Of a DNA stretch of 64,000 bases, positions 38,475 to 51,027 are shown one piece after another. How positions within the stretch are numbered: position 1 is the first letter of the stretch; each line of letters starts with the position of its first letter. The notes below the pieces were generated by a model. It was not told where the DNA came from. It did not search any database and saw only the letters and a list, made by a program, of their open reading frames with translations. Both the position numbers and the translations under genes were made by a program. This DNA comes from Geosiphon pyriformis uo1 (lineage: Eukaryota > Fungi > Glomeromycota), in the NCBI GenBank assembly GCA_016748015.1, contig JAAOMT010000276.1, forward strand, positions 1 through 64,000. The letters run 5' to 3'.

Positions 38475-38585
38475 GAAAAGGAAAAGGAAAAGGAAAAGGA
38501 AAAGGAAAAGGAAAAGGAAAAGGAAAAGGAAAAGGAAAAGGAAAAGGAAAAGGAAAAGGAAAAGGAAAAGGAAAAGGAAAAGGAA
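38475..38585. repeat. (GAAAAG)n hexanucleotide microsatellite
   Basis: Directly visible. Confidence 0.95.
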
Positions 38586-39861
38586 AGAAAGGAAAAACAT
38601 TTTCAAAGTTTTTAATTAATAAATTAATTTTTTATCATTTTTAAATGTTTTTTAATAACCTAAATTAATAATGAATTTTATTATATCAATTAATCCTATA
38701 TTACAATTTATCATATTTATGTCCATATAAGAATAAAAACCATTTGAGGTATTGAAATTTTTAATTTCATTAAAGTAAAAAAAAAAAATAAAGATTTTCA
38801 AAAACTCAATATTTTAAATAAGATAGTTTCTTTTGTCATTTTAAAAAATAGAAAAAAAGATTTTAAATTAAATAAAAAAATTTTTTATCTTCTTTATTAA
38901 GAAATAATTATTTTTTGAAAAGTTTAAATAACTGTAATTTTTTCAATTATTAAAAAACAAAGAGTAAAATAAAAAAAAGTCTCATTTATGATTAATATTA
39001 TCATTTTCTATAAAATAAAATAAAATAAAAATGTATCCCCAGTCAAAAATAACTTTTAAAAAAATAAATGTATTATGAAATTAATTCATGACGATTATGC
39101 TATTATAGAAACTTTTTTTTTTTCCATTTTCATTTATTCTCTTTTTCGGGAAAGAATATCCCCGGTATCAATTTATCATACTCCTCATGTTGAGAAATCA
39201 GTGAAACAGGACAAAAATCAAATCAAAAATCAAAATCAAAAATCAAAAATCAAAATAAAATCAAATCAAATCAAATCGAGACATAAACAGTAATAAAAAT
39301 AATTATGATTATCGAAAATTTAATAATCTTTTTGATTTTCCTGTATCAAATTTAATATATAAAGCTGATCTCTAAAAAATTTTTACAAATTTCCGAGGAA
39401 AAAAGAAATCTCATATCAATATATTTTTGCATAATCCATTAAAACTTAAAAAAAGTTTCAAAGTTTCATATCAAATTTAATATAAAAAAAAAGAAAAGAA
39501 AAGGTAAATGTACTTTCGGGGGTTAGGACATCATGGTGTTGATGATCATTACCATCGTTGCTATCATTACCTTAAAAATCATTATCGTCTCATCATTATG
39601 ATGAAAGAATAGTTGTGAAACGCATTTCGCAATGAACAATGAAATGTATTTATTGGCCACACGATTAATGTTAGAGAATTCTTAATTTGATAAATTTGAG
39701 ATCATTGTGGCGTGTGATTTTATGATTCTGTGGCCAATGTCTTTTTTGAAAACTTTTGATATTGCATGTATGGTCCCATTTGGGAACAGTCTTTCATGTC
39801 ATTGCATGACTTTTAAGATTGATAAAGAATTCTTTTTATTTTATTATAGCATTCTTCTAGA

Positions 39862-39892
<31 letters not shown>

Positions 39893-40019
39893 CGATATTT
39901 TCTATATCAAAAAATTTCATACATGCTTCATGTAATTGTACATATGCTGGACCCTATTGGTTTATTTTTTAAAAATTAAGAATCCAATCATTTCACGAGT
40001 ATATTTTTGATGATGGATA

Positions 40020-40073
<54 letters not shown>

Positions 40074-40835
40074 CATAGCAGGAACAGAGAATTTTTCAAC
40101 CAAAAAATATCTAGACCATAAAAAACCTTCATCCCAATTCAAATATGTCAACACATGTTACATATAATTATACATGCTTTTTAATAATCTTTAAAAACAT
40201 TGGAGAAAGTATACAATATTTAAAAAAACTAGCTTATTTATAAGCATCTACATTACCATCTACATTACCATCTCCTTTTAGTTTCACCATTAAAAGCTCT
40301 ATTTAAAAATAAAAAATTTTTTTTTATTTTTTATTGGCTATCTTTGGTCTCGAGTATTTTGGATGATGATGATGATGATGATATATTGGGTATTTTATCT
40401 TGACAGTTTTCATTAGAATAAAAAAGAATTCTATTCTAACTACGATCTTTCTTCAATTTTTATTATTAGAATAAAAAAATATTTTAGGCCTTTAAACTCA
40501 AACGCCCAATTTCAAACGTGGACCGGCCAAAAGTGTTAGTACTCTATTAAACATTACACAAACGACGGGATTACGTTAGAGCTTTTATGTTCAACACTTC
40601 AAAAGAAAATCATCCTTTTTGTCCAACACATAATAGTCATCGTGTAATTTGCAATTTTCGCCCTCGAGCATTGATACATTTATTAAAAGTCAGCCAAAGA
40701 AACAGCCATCTTCACCGCCTTTTTCATCAAAAGTGTGATCCCTATAACCCTTGTTTTGTTTTTTTTTCGCGCCAGAAAAAATTAAAAAAAGAGATTCTGA
40801 AACTCTGATAGAACAAACGTTCAAAAGGAACTCGG

Positions 40836-41023
40836 CCCAATCAAACATCGTAATTCCGTAACTTCAAAAGAAATCGGTGTCATCTTTTGAATGAGAAATT
40901 TATATATATATAGAGCACACTTTGAGTGAACTCATCGAAATTCGCGTCTCTTTGTTCTTCTAATGTTCACCGCGAGCGGCAGTACATCTTTTTTTTCTTT
41001 TTCTTTTTCTTTTTCTTCTTCTT

Positions 41024-41056
<33 letters not shown>

Positions 41057-41060
41057 CTTA
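40836..41060 (+). promoter_or_regulatory. Putative core promoter of the H+-ATPase gene
   Basis: CCAAT at ~40837, TATATATATAGAG at ~40900-40914, then a pyrimidine/(CTT)n tract. The region keeps CpG and lies ~1 kb upstream of the ATG. Confidence 0.4.
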
Positions 41061-41719
41061 AATTTTATCTTGTAATTTTGGTGCAAGAAATTTTCATCTC
41101 ATCACTTTACCAAAAAAAAAACTTGATCGTGTATTTTTCTAAAAAGTTTCCTTGTACTTTTTTTATTTTCCTTTGATCTGGAGAGAATCGACCAGTTCTT
41201 GTCCTCTCTCTCTCAAAACATTGTTTCTTTATCGTCAGAGATTAAAATACCCGGAAAAACAGACTCCCCAAAGGAAATCGTAATCATCAAAATATTTTGA
41301 GAAGCATCAAATAATACAAAAATAAAATATACATTCGTTCTCCCGAAATCTTTCTATCTATTTTATTCTCGAAAAAGGTATACACCCACATTTGAGACAT
41401 AAAAACTGACTTTTTCGAACACGCTAAAAATTCAATTCATCCCCCTAAAAAAAAAAGTAAACTTTTTCCATACTCAAAAATTCTGTCAATTTAGCCTTTT
41501 ATCATCGCGTTAATCTTGACCTAAATATTCTTCGTTCTCTCTCGCGTACATATTTTATAAAATTAGAAAAAAAGGTTCACCTATTAATTTTCCTGATATC
41601 TTTTCATATTGGTTACAGTATATTTTTATATACTTGTATTTATACACTTATATTTTGTGTACTATAAATTTTTTTCACCTTAAAAAACGCATAATCATCC
41701 CTATAATCAAAAAAGTTAT

Positions 41720-41767
<48 letters not shown>

Positions 41768-41888
41768 AAACTTACAAATCAAAAAAATTATTTAGACTGT
41801 ACAATTTTTAATATATCAACCCTTTTCACTTTTCAATCCATAAAAAAATTTTTTTTCTTCATACTCAACCCAAACCACTTTTTAAATA

Positions 41889-42276
41889 ATGTCTTATGAA
41901 AAAGATACTGAATACCAAAGTATAGGTTCTGAACAACCGGTACTCTCGGAAATCACAGAAACACCTGACCACCACCACCAATACACTTCACACGATGAAA
42001 AAAAGGAGGCAGAGTTTGAAAACCACGAACATGTTCAAGTAGCTGACGATATTCCTCCAGAGTTAGAAGCCTTGCTTCATACTGACCCTAGCAAAGGTCT
42101 CACCACTGAAGAGGCACAAACACGTTTGGAACAGTTTGGTCGAAACGAACTGGCAGAAGTGAAAACAAACCCAATCTTGAAGTTCCTTTCTTATTTCACC
42201 GGTGCCATCGCTTATCTTATTGAACTTGCCTGTATATTTGCGGCTATTGTTAAGGATTGGGTATGTTTTTATTTAA

Positions 42277-42323
<47 letters not shown>

Positions 42324-44863
42324 TTCAATTGATTTCATCAATTAAAAAAAACCAATTTTATGCTATCAGACATATTTTTTAACTTTTTTTTTTTCTTTCA
42401 CTTCAATCATCATTTGACTTTGATAATTAGCTTGATTTCGGTATCATTCTAGCGTTATTGATTGTCAACGCTTTCATCGGTTTCATCGAGGAAGCTCGTG
42501 CTGAATCTGCTTTGGATGCTTTGAAACAAACTCTCGCTCTAAAAGCTAAAGTATGGCGTAATGGTCATTTCATTGATCTCGCTGTGGGGGAAATTGTACC
42601 AGGTGATGTGATTGGTCTACGTCTCGGTGATATCATCCCGGCCGATGCTCGACTACTGGGTATCAGCGTAACGGGTGGTGAGACCGAAGGCTCTTTGTCA
42701 ATCGATCAATCCGCCTTGACCGGTGAATCATTACCAGTTGAAAAGAAGAAGGGCGACACCGTTTACTCTTCTTCCATCGTTAAACAAGGTCAAATGTTGG
42801 CTGTCGTGACGAAAACTGGTTCAAATACTTTTATCGGTCGTGCTGCTAACCTGATCTCTATAACCGTCGAACAAGGCCATTTCCAGAAAGTGGTCAATCA
42901 AATCGGAAATTTCTTGATCTTGATTACAACTATCCTTGTCTTGATCATCCTCATCTATCAATTAGTCAAATTCCGTGGTACTCATGAGGGTGAATTCTTG
43001 ACGGTACTTGGACACGTGTTAGTCTTGACCATTGCTGCTATCCCTGTGGGTCTTCCAACCGTGTTGTCGGTAACAATGGCTGTTGGGGCTAAGCAATTGG
43101 CCGCGAAAAAAGTTATCGTAAAACGTCTTACGGCCGTCGAAGAAATGGCTTCTGTCTCGATTCTTTGCTCTGACAAGACGGGTACCTTGACCCTGAATGA
43201 ATTGACTTTCGATGAACCTTACCTAACAAACAACTTTACCAAAGATGATATCTTGCTCTATTCTTACCTTTCCGCTGAGCCCGGTGCCAATGATCCAATT
43301 GAATTTGCGGTTCGCACTGCGGCCGAAAGTACCCTTGAAATTCTTCAAAATCGTCCAAACCAACATGAGATTCCCGGATATAAAGTCACCGCTTTCGTCC
43401 CATTCAACCCAACCACCAAAATGACTCATGCCACCGTTCTCAACACAGAGACCAAAGAATCGTTCAAGGTAGCAAAAGGTGCTCCCCAAGTCATCATTCG
43501 TCTTGTTGGTGGGGACGATGATGCCGTTCGTGCAGTAAACACTCTTGCCAGACGTGGTCTTCGTGCTCTTGGCGTGGCCAAAACTATCCCCGGTGATTTG
43601 AACACGTATCAGCTGGTTGGTATGATTTCTCTTCTTGATCCTCCTCGTCCTGACTCGGCGGAAACAATCAGACGCTGCAGAGATTACGGTGTCGAGGTTA
43701 AAATGATTACCGGTGATCAATTGATCATTGCCAAGGAGGTTGCCATGCGTCTTGGAATGCAACGTGTCATTCTTGATGCAAATCATTTGGTTGATCCGAC
43801 AAAATCAGAAGAAGAAGTTACAGAACATTGTGAACGTGCCGATGGTTTCGCTCAAGTTATTCCAGAGCATAAATATCGTGTGGTTGAATTGTTACAAAAG
43901 AAGGGTTTACTGGTTGGTATGACTGGTGATGGTGTTAATGACGCTCCGGCTTTGAAGAAGGCTAATGTCGGTATCGCTGTACATGGTTGTACGGATGCTG
44001 CTCGATCTGCCGCTGATATTGTATTGTTAGCTCCCGGTCTTTCAACAATTGTTGACGGTATCACCACATCCCGTGCAATCTTCCAACGTATGCGATCTTA
44101 CGCCCTCTACCGTATCACCTCTACAGTTCATTTCTTAATGTTCTTCTTTTGTATCATTATTGCACGTGATTGGCAAATGAAGCCTGAATTACTGATTTTG
44201 ATCACCTTGTTAAATGATGCCGCCACCCTGGTCATTTCGGTTGATAACGCCAAAATTTCAAGACGTCCCGACAAATGGCGTCTTGGTCAATTGATTACAC
44301 TTTCCGTTGTGTTGAGTGTGTTCTTGAGCGCAGCCTCCTTTGCTCACTTTTTCATTGCTCGTGATGTATTCAACATTCCGGAACATGACGATAATGATAA
44401 ACGATTGCAAACCATCATGTATCTACATATTTCATCATGCCCTCATTTCGTTATCTTCTCCACCCGTTTATCTGGTTATTTCTGGGAAAGTCTTCCTTCA
44501 CCAATGTTCTTCATTGCTGTTATGGGCACTCAAGTATTCGCCATGTTCATCTCGGTCTATGGTGTCCTCACAGACGCTATCGGCTGGCCTTGGGGTATTA
44601 GTATCATTGGTGTCTCACTTGGATACTTTTTCATACTGGATTTCATTAAGGTTCAAATCTTCAAATGGTGGTCATTCGAACTTACCGCCACTCTTTGGCC
44701 ATCACCTTCACGAAAAGCTAAGCTTCATAGTCGTCGGGAGCAAAAGATTCATGACGAAAAGATTCGACATACCGTTTCCAAAGTTCGAAAAGTGGTTCTC
44801 ATCTGTAAAGTTATTCTGGCTTTCCGATATGCAAAGGAGAAACGAGTGATCAAGGAAAAGTAA
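41889..44863 (+). CDS. PMA1: Plasma-membrane H+-ATPase (P-type, P3A; PMA1/HA family), 934 aa; exons 41889-42260 and 42431-44863
   Basis: Phase-0 GT-AG intron. Motifs DQSALTGES, IPVGLP, CSDKTGTLT, KGAPQ, MITGD, TGDGVNDAPALKKA, YRI and TM6 LND. The symbol is family-level, not an orthology claim. Confidence 0.96.
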
Positions 44864-45855
44864 AAAGTGGTTTGTTGATATCTCGATTCTTGAAGGTGAT
44901 GAGTATTAATGAAGACAAAAATGACGGTGAATACCGGGAAATTTATTAGTAGAGACTTTTTGATGGACATGATCAAAAAAAAGAAAAAGAAAAAGAAAAA
45001 GCGCATGTCATCCCATAATGGACTTTTTTTTAATTTTCAATAATTGTTTGTAACATTGCATATTCCATGGTTTTTGATTTGCGGATATTTTTCTCCTACC
45101 ACTATGTTTTTTTTTCATAGAATTTTGGGTTTTCTCATTTTTATTTCTTTTTTCTTTTTCTTTTTTCCTATTATTACACTTGTTTATATAATTCCCATTG
45201 CCAAATTCTTTTTTTTTTTTTTTTTTCATACGATTGACTAGAAAGCTGGGAGATCATCATGAATGGTTGAGTACAATTAATTTTAATTTAGGATTTCTTG
45301 AATTTTTGGTCGACGAAGATTTATTTATCTTTCACCCATCTCAAACAACATACACACCATGAATCATTTGTAAATTTTTTCATTTAATATTCACAAGATT
45401 TTTGGTTTTTCATCATGATCCATGTGTTGTTTCTCTTTCGAATAGAATCCTTTAATCAATGATCGGGTTGGGTTTAATGACCAGAGATTGTTTCCAAAGA
45501 TGATTATACAGCTACGCCGCTCGCATATTTATGGTTGTCTGGTTTTGGTCATCAGTTGGAAAACATTCTCTTCTAAACCATTCATATCACCCACCCGTTT
45601 ACTTTTTATTTATATTGTTACTACCTTGTACACTACTACCATTACTATTAAAAGTAACATTTTTGTTTCTAATATATAAAAATCGGTCGTGTCATTCTTT
45701 GACACTTAATTCGAATAAAATGAAAATCAATTCAAAAATAGAATGTGTACAATCGGGCCTCCTCTTATTTTTCATTTGGTTTAATAATTTTTTTGATCTA
45801 AAGAATTCCTGTCAAGATGGAAAACTAAGAGTTGTTCATTTTAAACATAACTTTT

Positions 45856-45962
45856 AACTAAATTTTGGATTCGGGATTGAAAGCCTAAAAAAATACATGA
45901 TCATCCTTTTAGAACTAAATTTTGGATTCGGGATTGAAAGCCTAAAAAATACATGATTATCC
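45856..45962. repeat. Tandem ~50-bp duplication
   Basis: AACTAAATTTTGGATTCGGGATTGAAAGCCTAAAAAATACATGAT(C/T)ATCC occurs twice. Confidence 0.9.
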
Positions 45963-46139
45963 AAAAACAGTATTGAGAAAGATGAGAATTATCTAACTTG
46001 AGAATCGTTAATCAAAGTAGGACAACTTAAAAAACTGTCATCCTAAAAGATTTTAGCGCTGATTACCCAACCACTTGCTCCTTATGGCATAAGAGCAAAA
46101 ATGTTAGGTGAGTGACACTAGAATGTGTATTTACATGTG

Positions 46140-46212
46140 TGGAGGACCTGGGCATCGATCCCAGTACCTCTCGCATGCTAAGCGAGCGCTCTACCATTTG
46201 AGCTAGACCCCC
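46140..46212 (-). tRNA. tRNA-Ala (anticodon AGC), intronless, 73 nt
   Basis: GGGGGTCTAGCTCAAATGGTAGAGCGCTCGCTTAGCATGCGAGAGGTACTGGGATCGATGCCCAGGTCCTCCA folds as a cloverleaf with G3:U70 and A73; T5 tract ~40 nt downstream. Confidence 0.96.
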
Positions 46213-46430
46213 AATGATTTCTTCGTATGACCTTCTTTTTTTATTATATATTCAAAATTATCTTGAACACGTGTTTAAAACATGGATTTTATTAGTAAAT
46301 GTTATTTTGAAAATTTATGTCATATATTAGGAGAGTACTACCGTAATATCGTTTAACATGATTTTAACTTGATTCAAAACAGGGATCCAAATATTAAGCA
46401 AGTTTAAAAAGTTTAACGGGTATAAATCTC

Positions 46431-46480
<50 letters not shown>

Positions 46481-47384
46481 CATCATCATAGAAAGGAAAA
46501 ATGCGTGTTTTTTGCAATTGGTTTAGAAACATCGAAACATTGAAAAATTGAACCATTGAACCATTTTCATGTTCATGTTGGTACTTAAAGCCTATGAGTT
46601 TTTCTTTGTCGAAATGCAATGAGGCATTCAAAAAGAGGATGGATTAAAAAAGGATGGATTAAAGAGGTTAGAGAGATTTTTAAATTTTAAAAAAAATTTT
46701 CTCATGCGAGAATATATTTATCATTTACCGACGACCAAGTATGGACGCCAAGTAGCAGAATAGCCTTTTGCTACACTTGTGAGAGACATAGAGAATGGAA
46801 ATTTTTCTTACATCATGTATGATGTCATTAAGGTTTAAGAGATCTAATTAAAATTATCTGAACGATCAATTTAATCTTTTTTGTATGCAATGAGTCAGCT
46901 TTTGATAAGTCACCAGACACTCAAAAAAGTTTTTTTGGTTTGACGAGGTTAATTTCATCATTTTTAAGATTCTTGAGAAAATGGTACAAACTTGTAGAAA
47001 TTTGAAATTGAAAAGACGATTGATTTGACCGCAAAAAAGTGTCTAGTTTTTCATGTCAAAGATTCCCAACCAAAATCTCGGTTAAAGCTGATCTCAATAA
47101 TTTTTCTTGGGTTATTTTTTTTTATTTGTTGTTTATAATTGTCCTAGCGACTTTAATTATTCCGGTTTTTAAACTTTTTTTTTTTTAATCTATACTTTGA
47201 AATTCCATGCTAAGTAAACGGTGATCAGGTAAGAAAATGATTAAATAGAATGTTTTTAATGTTCCCTATGAAGCTTTTTTCGAAGAAACTTGTTTGATAC
47301 CTGAATAAACCTTGTCATAAGTTTAGAAATTTCTTTTTATTTTATTTTATTTTATCACAAGACCATAATGAGGTGTATATTGCG

Positions 47385-47490
47385 TTTTTTTGTTTTATTT
47401 TGTTTTTGTTTTTTGTTTTTTGTTTTTTGTTTTTTGTTTTTGTTCTTGTTTTTGTTTTTGTTTTTGTTTTTGTTTTTGTTTTTGTTTTGT
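47385..47490. repeat. (TTTTTG)n microsatellite
   Basis: Directly visible. Confidence 0.9.
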
Positions 47491-48144
47491 TCACATCAAA
47501 TAAATATTATGAAAATCACTCGAAAAATATTAGTAATTCTGAATTATATATGGATTCACATTTTACCTTCTGTGCAATCGATTTTTGATTAATGAAATCC
47601 CAAATGTATCAAAAATAAAACAAAAAACATTTACATGGAAATGGCATTTAATAATCACAAATTTTATGATTTTTAACTTGTGTTGATGAAACGATTTTAA
47701 GACTAGGTTTATGATTAATAGGCTGTTAATAAATGCCATACTTGAAAGAGCTTTAGATTAAAATATCATACTTGGAATAGCTTTGGATTTGGAAGAGTTA
47801 ATTTAAATCAGATTTTTTTCTTTTTGGATTTTTATTAACGTTTATCCCTAAAAATTATTTTTCTTTTTCTTCTTTTTCTTTTTCTTCTTTACAATGATAA
47901 TCTTTATTTTCATGGTCATGGCATAATAATCAGTGTTCATTAAATACCCCGTTTAGCAATAGAAACAAAACGGTAATGTATAAGTTTAACGTGTACACAA
48001 ATGACAATGTTTTAATTCTAAATAAAGACAAAAAACTTGAAAATTCTTTAGCATTTTAAAACAATGGGAACAGCTGATTATCATCAAGATTTTTTTCACA
48101 TTTGAGGCGTTTGAGGCTGATTTATCCCATTATGATACAATACT

Positions 48145-48176
<32 letters not shown>

Positions 48177-48813
48177 TATTTCTTTCTTTGATGAAATCTA
48201 AATATATAATTTTACAATGTTTAATATATGGCACCATACTTTGAAGATCGAGAAAAAATAGAATGATTATATTAGCAAATAAAGCATTCCTTAAGCAAAA
48301 TAATGAAAAATTAATCATCTACTAAAAACGTTAATAATTTTGAAATTACATTAATAATTATAATATTTATTAATCATAGTCTAATCTATTTCGCGTTATC
48401 AATTAAATCGATATCCTGACCAATTTTTAATCTAATAATTCTAGTACACGATGAAGGATAAACATGAAATCAAAACATTAGACGTTTTTAAAAAGAGAAT
48501 TGAAAAATTAAAAGCATTAAACATATATTTAGAAGGTCAAATGAAAAAAAAATTTAAATTTTCATTAATAAATTAAAAAAAGGTTGATCAATGATAAATT
48601 TGTTCAAAAAGTTCAAACTTTTTATCTTTTTGATTTTTAAATTCCCCATAATTTCTAATCTTTTTTTTTCCCTTTTATCTTTAGATAATGATTCCTTCTC
48701 TATTTAGATACATAAAAATGTTAGTTTCAATTTTTTAAAATTAAATGGGTACAAAAATATTTTCATTCTTTATCACTTTACATAATCATTCATTCTTTCC
48801 TGCAGCCAAGCTT

Positions 48814-48996
48814 TATATGCTATATGCTATATGCTATATGCTATGTGCTATGTGCTATGTGCTTTCCAAGATTATGAAACCCTTTTTGATTGGATTTTTA
48901 TATTATTAACCGCAATTACGCCAAGATAATTCATTTATATGGAGGGGTAAAGATAATAATAATCATAATCATAATCATAATCATAATCATAATCAT
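48814..48996. repeat. (TATGCTA/TGTGCTA)n heptamer and (ATAATC)n hexamer microsatellites
   Basis: Visible at ~48814-48863 and ~48958-48996. Confidence 0.9.
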
Positions 48997-51027
48997 TATG
49001 AACGTGGTGTCAATCTTGATCCTCACACATCTCACGCATCTTTTACACATATTTTACGCATGATAATTTTGCCAAGACTTTTTTCCTTACCTTATTGCAT
49101 AGAACCAATCTATTTATTCTGTTGATTAGATAATAACATAGATCATATCAAACCGAATGTCGATATATTAATTTCTAATAATTCTTTTATATGCTTTACC
49201 ATATCAATAATTTTAATCAAATAAATAAATAAATAAATACAAGGATTTAGTTTGGAAAGATTTTTTTTTATTTAATTCTATTTTTTAAACATAATTAAAT
49301 TTAAAAAACATGCTTTTTAAAGAAAATTCTTGAAAAGTTTTGTACAATATAAAATATATAATATATAATACATAATACATAATATAAAGTATAAAATATA
49401 AAATTTTTTCTCTTCTTTATTATTTATAAATAATTTTTTGCTCCCTTTCTATCTTGAGAAAAGAATTGGCTTTACAACCTAAAAAAAAATAAAATCAATC
49501 AAATCAATTAATCAATAGATAAGATGAGAATATATTGATTGTCAAAAATTGTGAAAATTTTTGTCACATAGGGTATTCTGTTTGTCGAGTTGGTCGATTT
49601 TCGTTGATTTCGTCGATTCTCTCAATATTTATTTGTTTTTGGTAAATTTTAATTGGGATTTTTATTTGGGAACAAAATGAAAGTCTTTTCTTGACTTGTC
49701 AAAAAATCCTTATTTTTTTTTTGTTCCTTTCTTGTGGATTCAAAATTTCTCACGATATAAAAGAAAACTCACTTAACTGGAGGATTTTCCGCTCCTCTAA
49801 ATTATGAGATACTAGCTTTTTTATAAAAAAAAATTTTGCACACCAAGTTTATTGCATCAATCATCCAGAAGCCTATCATTATACTTAAAGTTTCATCTTA
49901 ACTAAATTGATTTGTTATTTTCAAAGACCAATTGAAATTTAAAACCTCTTTAAAAATTTCTTGATACATCCTGTTACCGAAAAAATTTATCCTCACCTAT
50001 GAGCTCTAAGCTGAGAAATGGGCAAAAAGTCCAAAGATTCAGGTCCCCNNNNNNNNNNNNNNNNNNNNCCCCCCCCCCCCCCCCCCCCCCGCATAAAAGT
50101 CTCTTAATGTGCGAAAAATCATTTGTTTTTACGTGTAACAGCAGATGATGCTTGGTTCATTCTATACTTTTATAATAACCCAAGATTTAACGGATTTCTC
50201 CGCTCTCACTATACTTTTCCAAGATTACATTTCCTGAAAGTCACTTTTATATCCCTAGTGACTTGGGATTTTTTCTTAATTATAATATATATTTATTTAT
50301 TTTTGCTATTTTTTTTTGCTATTACAATTATTATTATTTTTATTATTTTTATTATTGCTAAAAATTGCAAATAACATGACAAATTAATTAACACTTCAAG
50401 TATATATAAAAATCAAAAAAATCAAAAAATAAAACAGATTAATTATCAGCTTGACCATTTATATTACTAATTTTTAAAATTGTACACCCAAAAAAAAAAT
50501 TAACCAATTAAAACAATATATTTTTTAATTTTAAAAATTTTAATACTGTTTTTTGTAAAATTATATTAATTAAAATTAAGTTTTTAAATAATTAATAGCA
50601 TATTGTTGTAAATTAATTAGTTTTATTTTTAATTTTTAATATTGTTATATATTAAAAAAAAATATATTTGTTTTTGTAAATAATGTTTAATTATAAAACA
50701 TTTTAAGTTTTTATTCAAAAATTAAAATTTTTAACTATTTTTAATCATTTTAATATATATTCAAAAAATTATTATTATTATTATTAAAATATATATTTTT
50801 TATTAAAAACATATAAAAATGTTTTTTTTTAAAAAAAAATCTTAATAATAAAAAAGTTAACAAATTTTTTAAAAAATATATTTAACAATTAAATTATACA
50901 TTATTACAACAATAACAAAAAATATTGTTTTAGTTTTTATAATTTTATTTTAACTTTTAAAATCAAGTAAAATTATTTAATAAAAAATAAAACATATTAA
51001 AAATAATAATTTTTTTTTAATATATAT

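Noticed and set aside
42982-44849. Antisense and alternate-frame ORFs over the ATPase
   Set aside because: Shadow ORFs of a codon-biased gene; no motifs.
50049-50090. Poly-C / G-quadruplex element
   Set aside because: It spans an N gap, so the true length and sequence are unknown.
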